64,000 nucleotides of DNA. Origin: a bacterium. GTDB taxonomy: Bacteria; SZUA-182; DTGQ01. The notes beneath the pieces were generated by a model. The model ran no database searches and had not been told where the DNA came from. It worked only from the letters and a program-made list of their open reading frames with translations. Location of the stretch: assembly GCA_040752695.1 (NCBI GenBank), contig JBFMGO010000011.1, forward strand, positions 6,114-70,113, in the 5' to 3' direction. Shown here one piece after another: positions 63,879 through 64,000 of this stretch (position 1 is the stretch's first letter; every line of letters begins with the position of its first letter). Made by a program: the position numbers and the translations under genes.

Positions 63879-64000
63879 GGCCTGTTGTTCACAGCGTGCG
63901 CCTCTTTTGCCATTGGTGCTCGATCCTCAAAAAGAGGGGTTGGAGAAATTATTTATGCAAGGCAGTGGAGTGGATTATTCATCTTACCCCATTATTGTAG

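Noticed and set aside
466-64000. tRNA, rRNA, transposase, integrase, toxin-antitoxin or known defence-system genes
   Set aside because: I scanned the intergenic regions for T-psi-C-like GGTTCGAATCC motifs and the ORF set for DDE/tyrosine-recombinase, Cas or restriction signatures. None was found.

Overview
The window holds four main things.

- **Polysaccharide operon (1..29527, + strand).** About 29.5 kb of tightly packed genes for cell-surface polysaccharide synthesis and export. It opens with the 3' end of a priming polyprenyl-phosphate sugar-phosphotransferase gene, followed by a Wzm/Wzt ABC exporter and a cobalamin-binding radical-SAM enzyme. It carries roughly nine GT-B/GT4 and two GT2 glycosyltransferases and six SAM methyltransferases, four of them clear paralogues. 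A Tyl1a/FdtA-like 3,4-ketoisomerase, a DegT-type aminotransferase and a TylM1-like N-methyltransferase sit together, which suggests a dimethylamino-deoxyhexose branch. A GT-C-like membrane protein and a Wzy-like polymerase are also present. A divergent wza–wzc pair (29621..32703, -) and a second Wzy-like/TPR membrane protein plus an outer-membrane beta-barrel follow.
- **ebo-like cluster (37033..42968, - strand).** TatD hydrolase, UbiA prenyltransferase, NPP/alkaline-phosphatase-family enzyme, 3-dehydroquinate-synthase-like protein and xylose-isomerase-like TIM barrel. Immediately upstream is a secreted prenyltransferase/squalene-cyclase-repeat (alpha-alpha toroid) protein. Small secreted proteins and a PEP-CTERM-like sorting-signal protein follow.
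- **Giant surface-protein gene (47215..58425, -).** An 11.2-kb gene for a 3736-aa secreted multidomain protein: FG-GAP beta-propeller, several PKD/Ig-like domains, LamG/DUF1080-like jelly rolls, an internal alpha-alpha toroid domain, CARDB and C-terminal Fn3 domains.
- **Regulators and repair.** A sigma54-dependent response regulator, uvrB, and a single-domain receiver.

The DNA is unusually rich in short tandem repeats, both intergenic and in-frame. Two glycosyltransferase genes look disrupted, one by a 1-nt frameshift at its start and one split into N- and C-domain ORFs. No rRNA, tRNA, CRISPR array, transposase or integrase was recognised. The most interesting candidate system is the physical linkage of ebo genes, a secreted isoprenoid-binding-fold protein, a PEP-CTERM protein and the giant toroid-containing adhesin, next to a heavily methylated polysaccharide locus.
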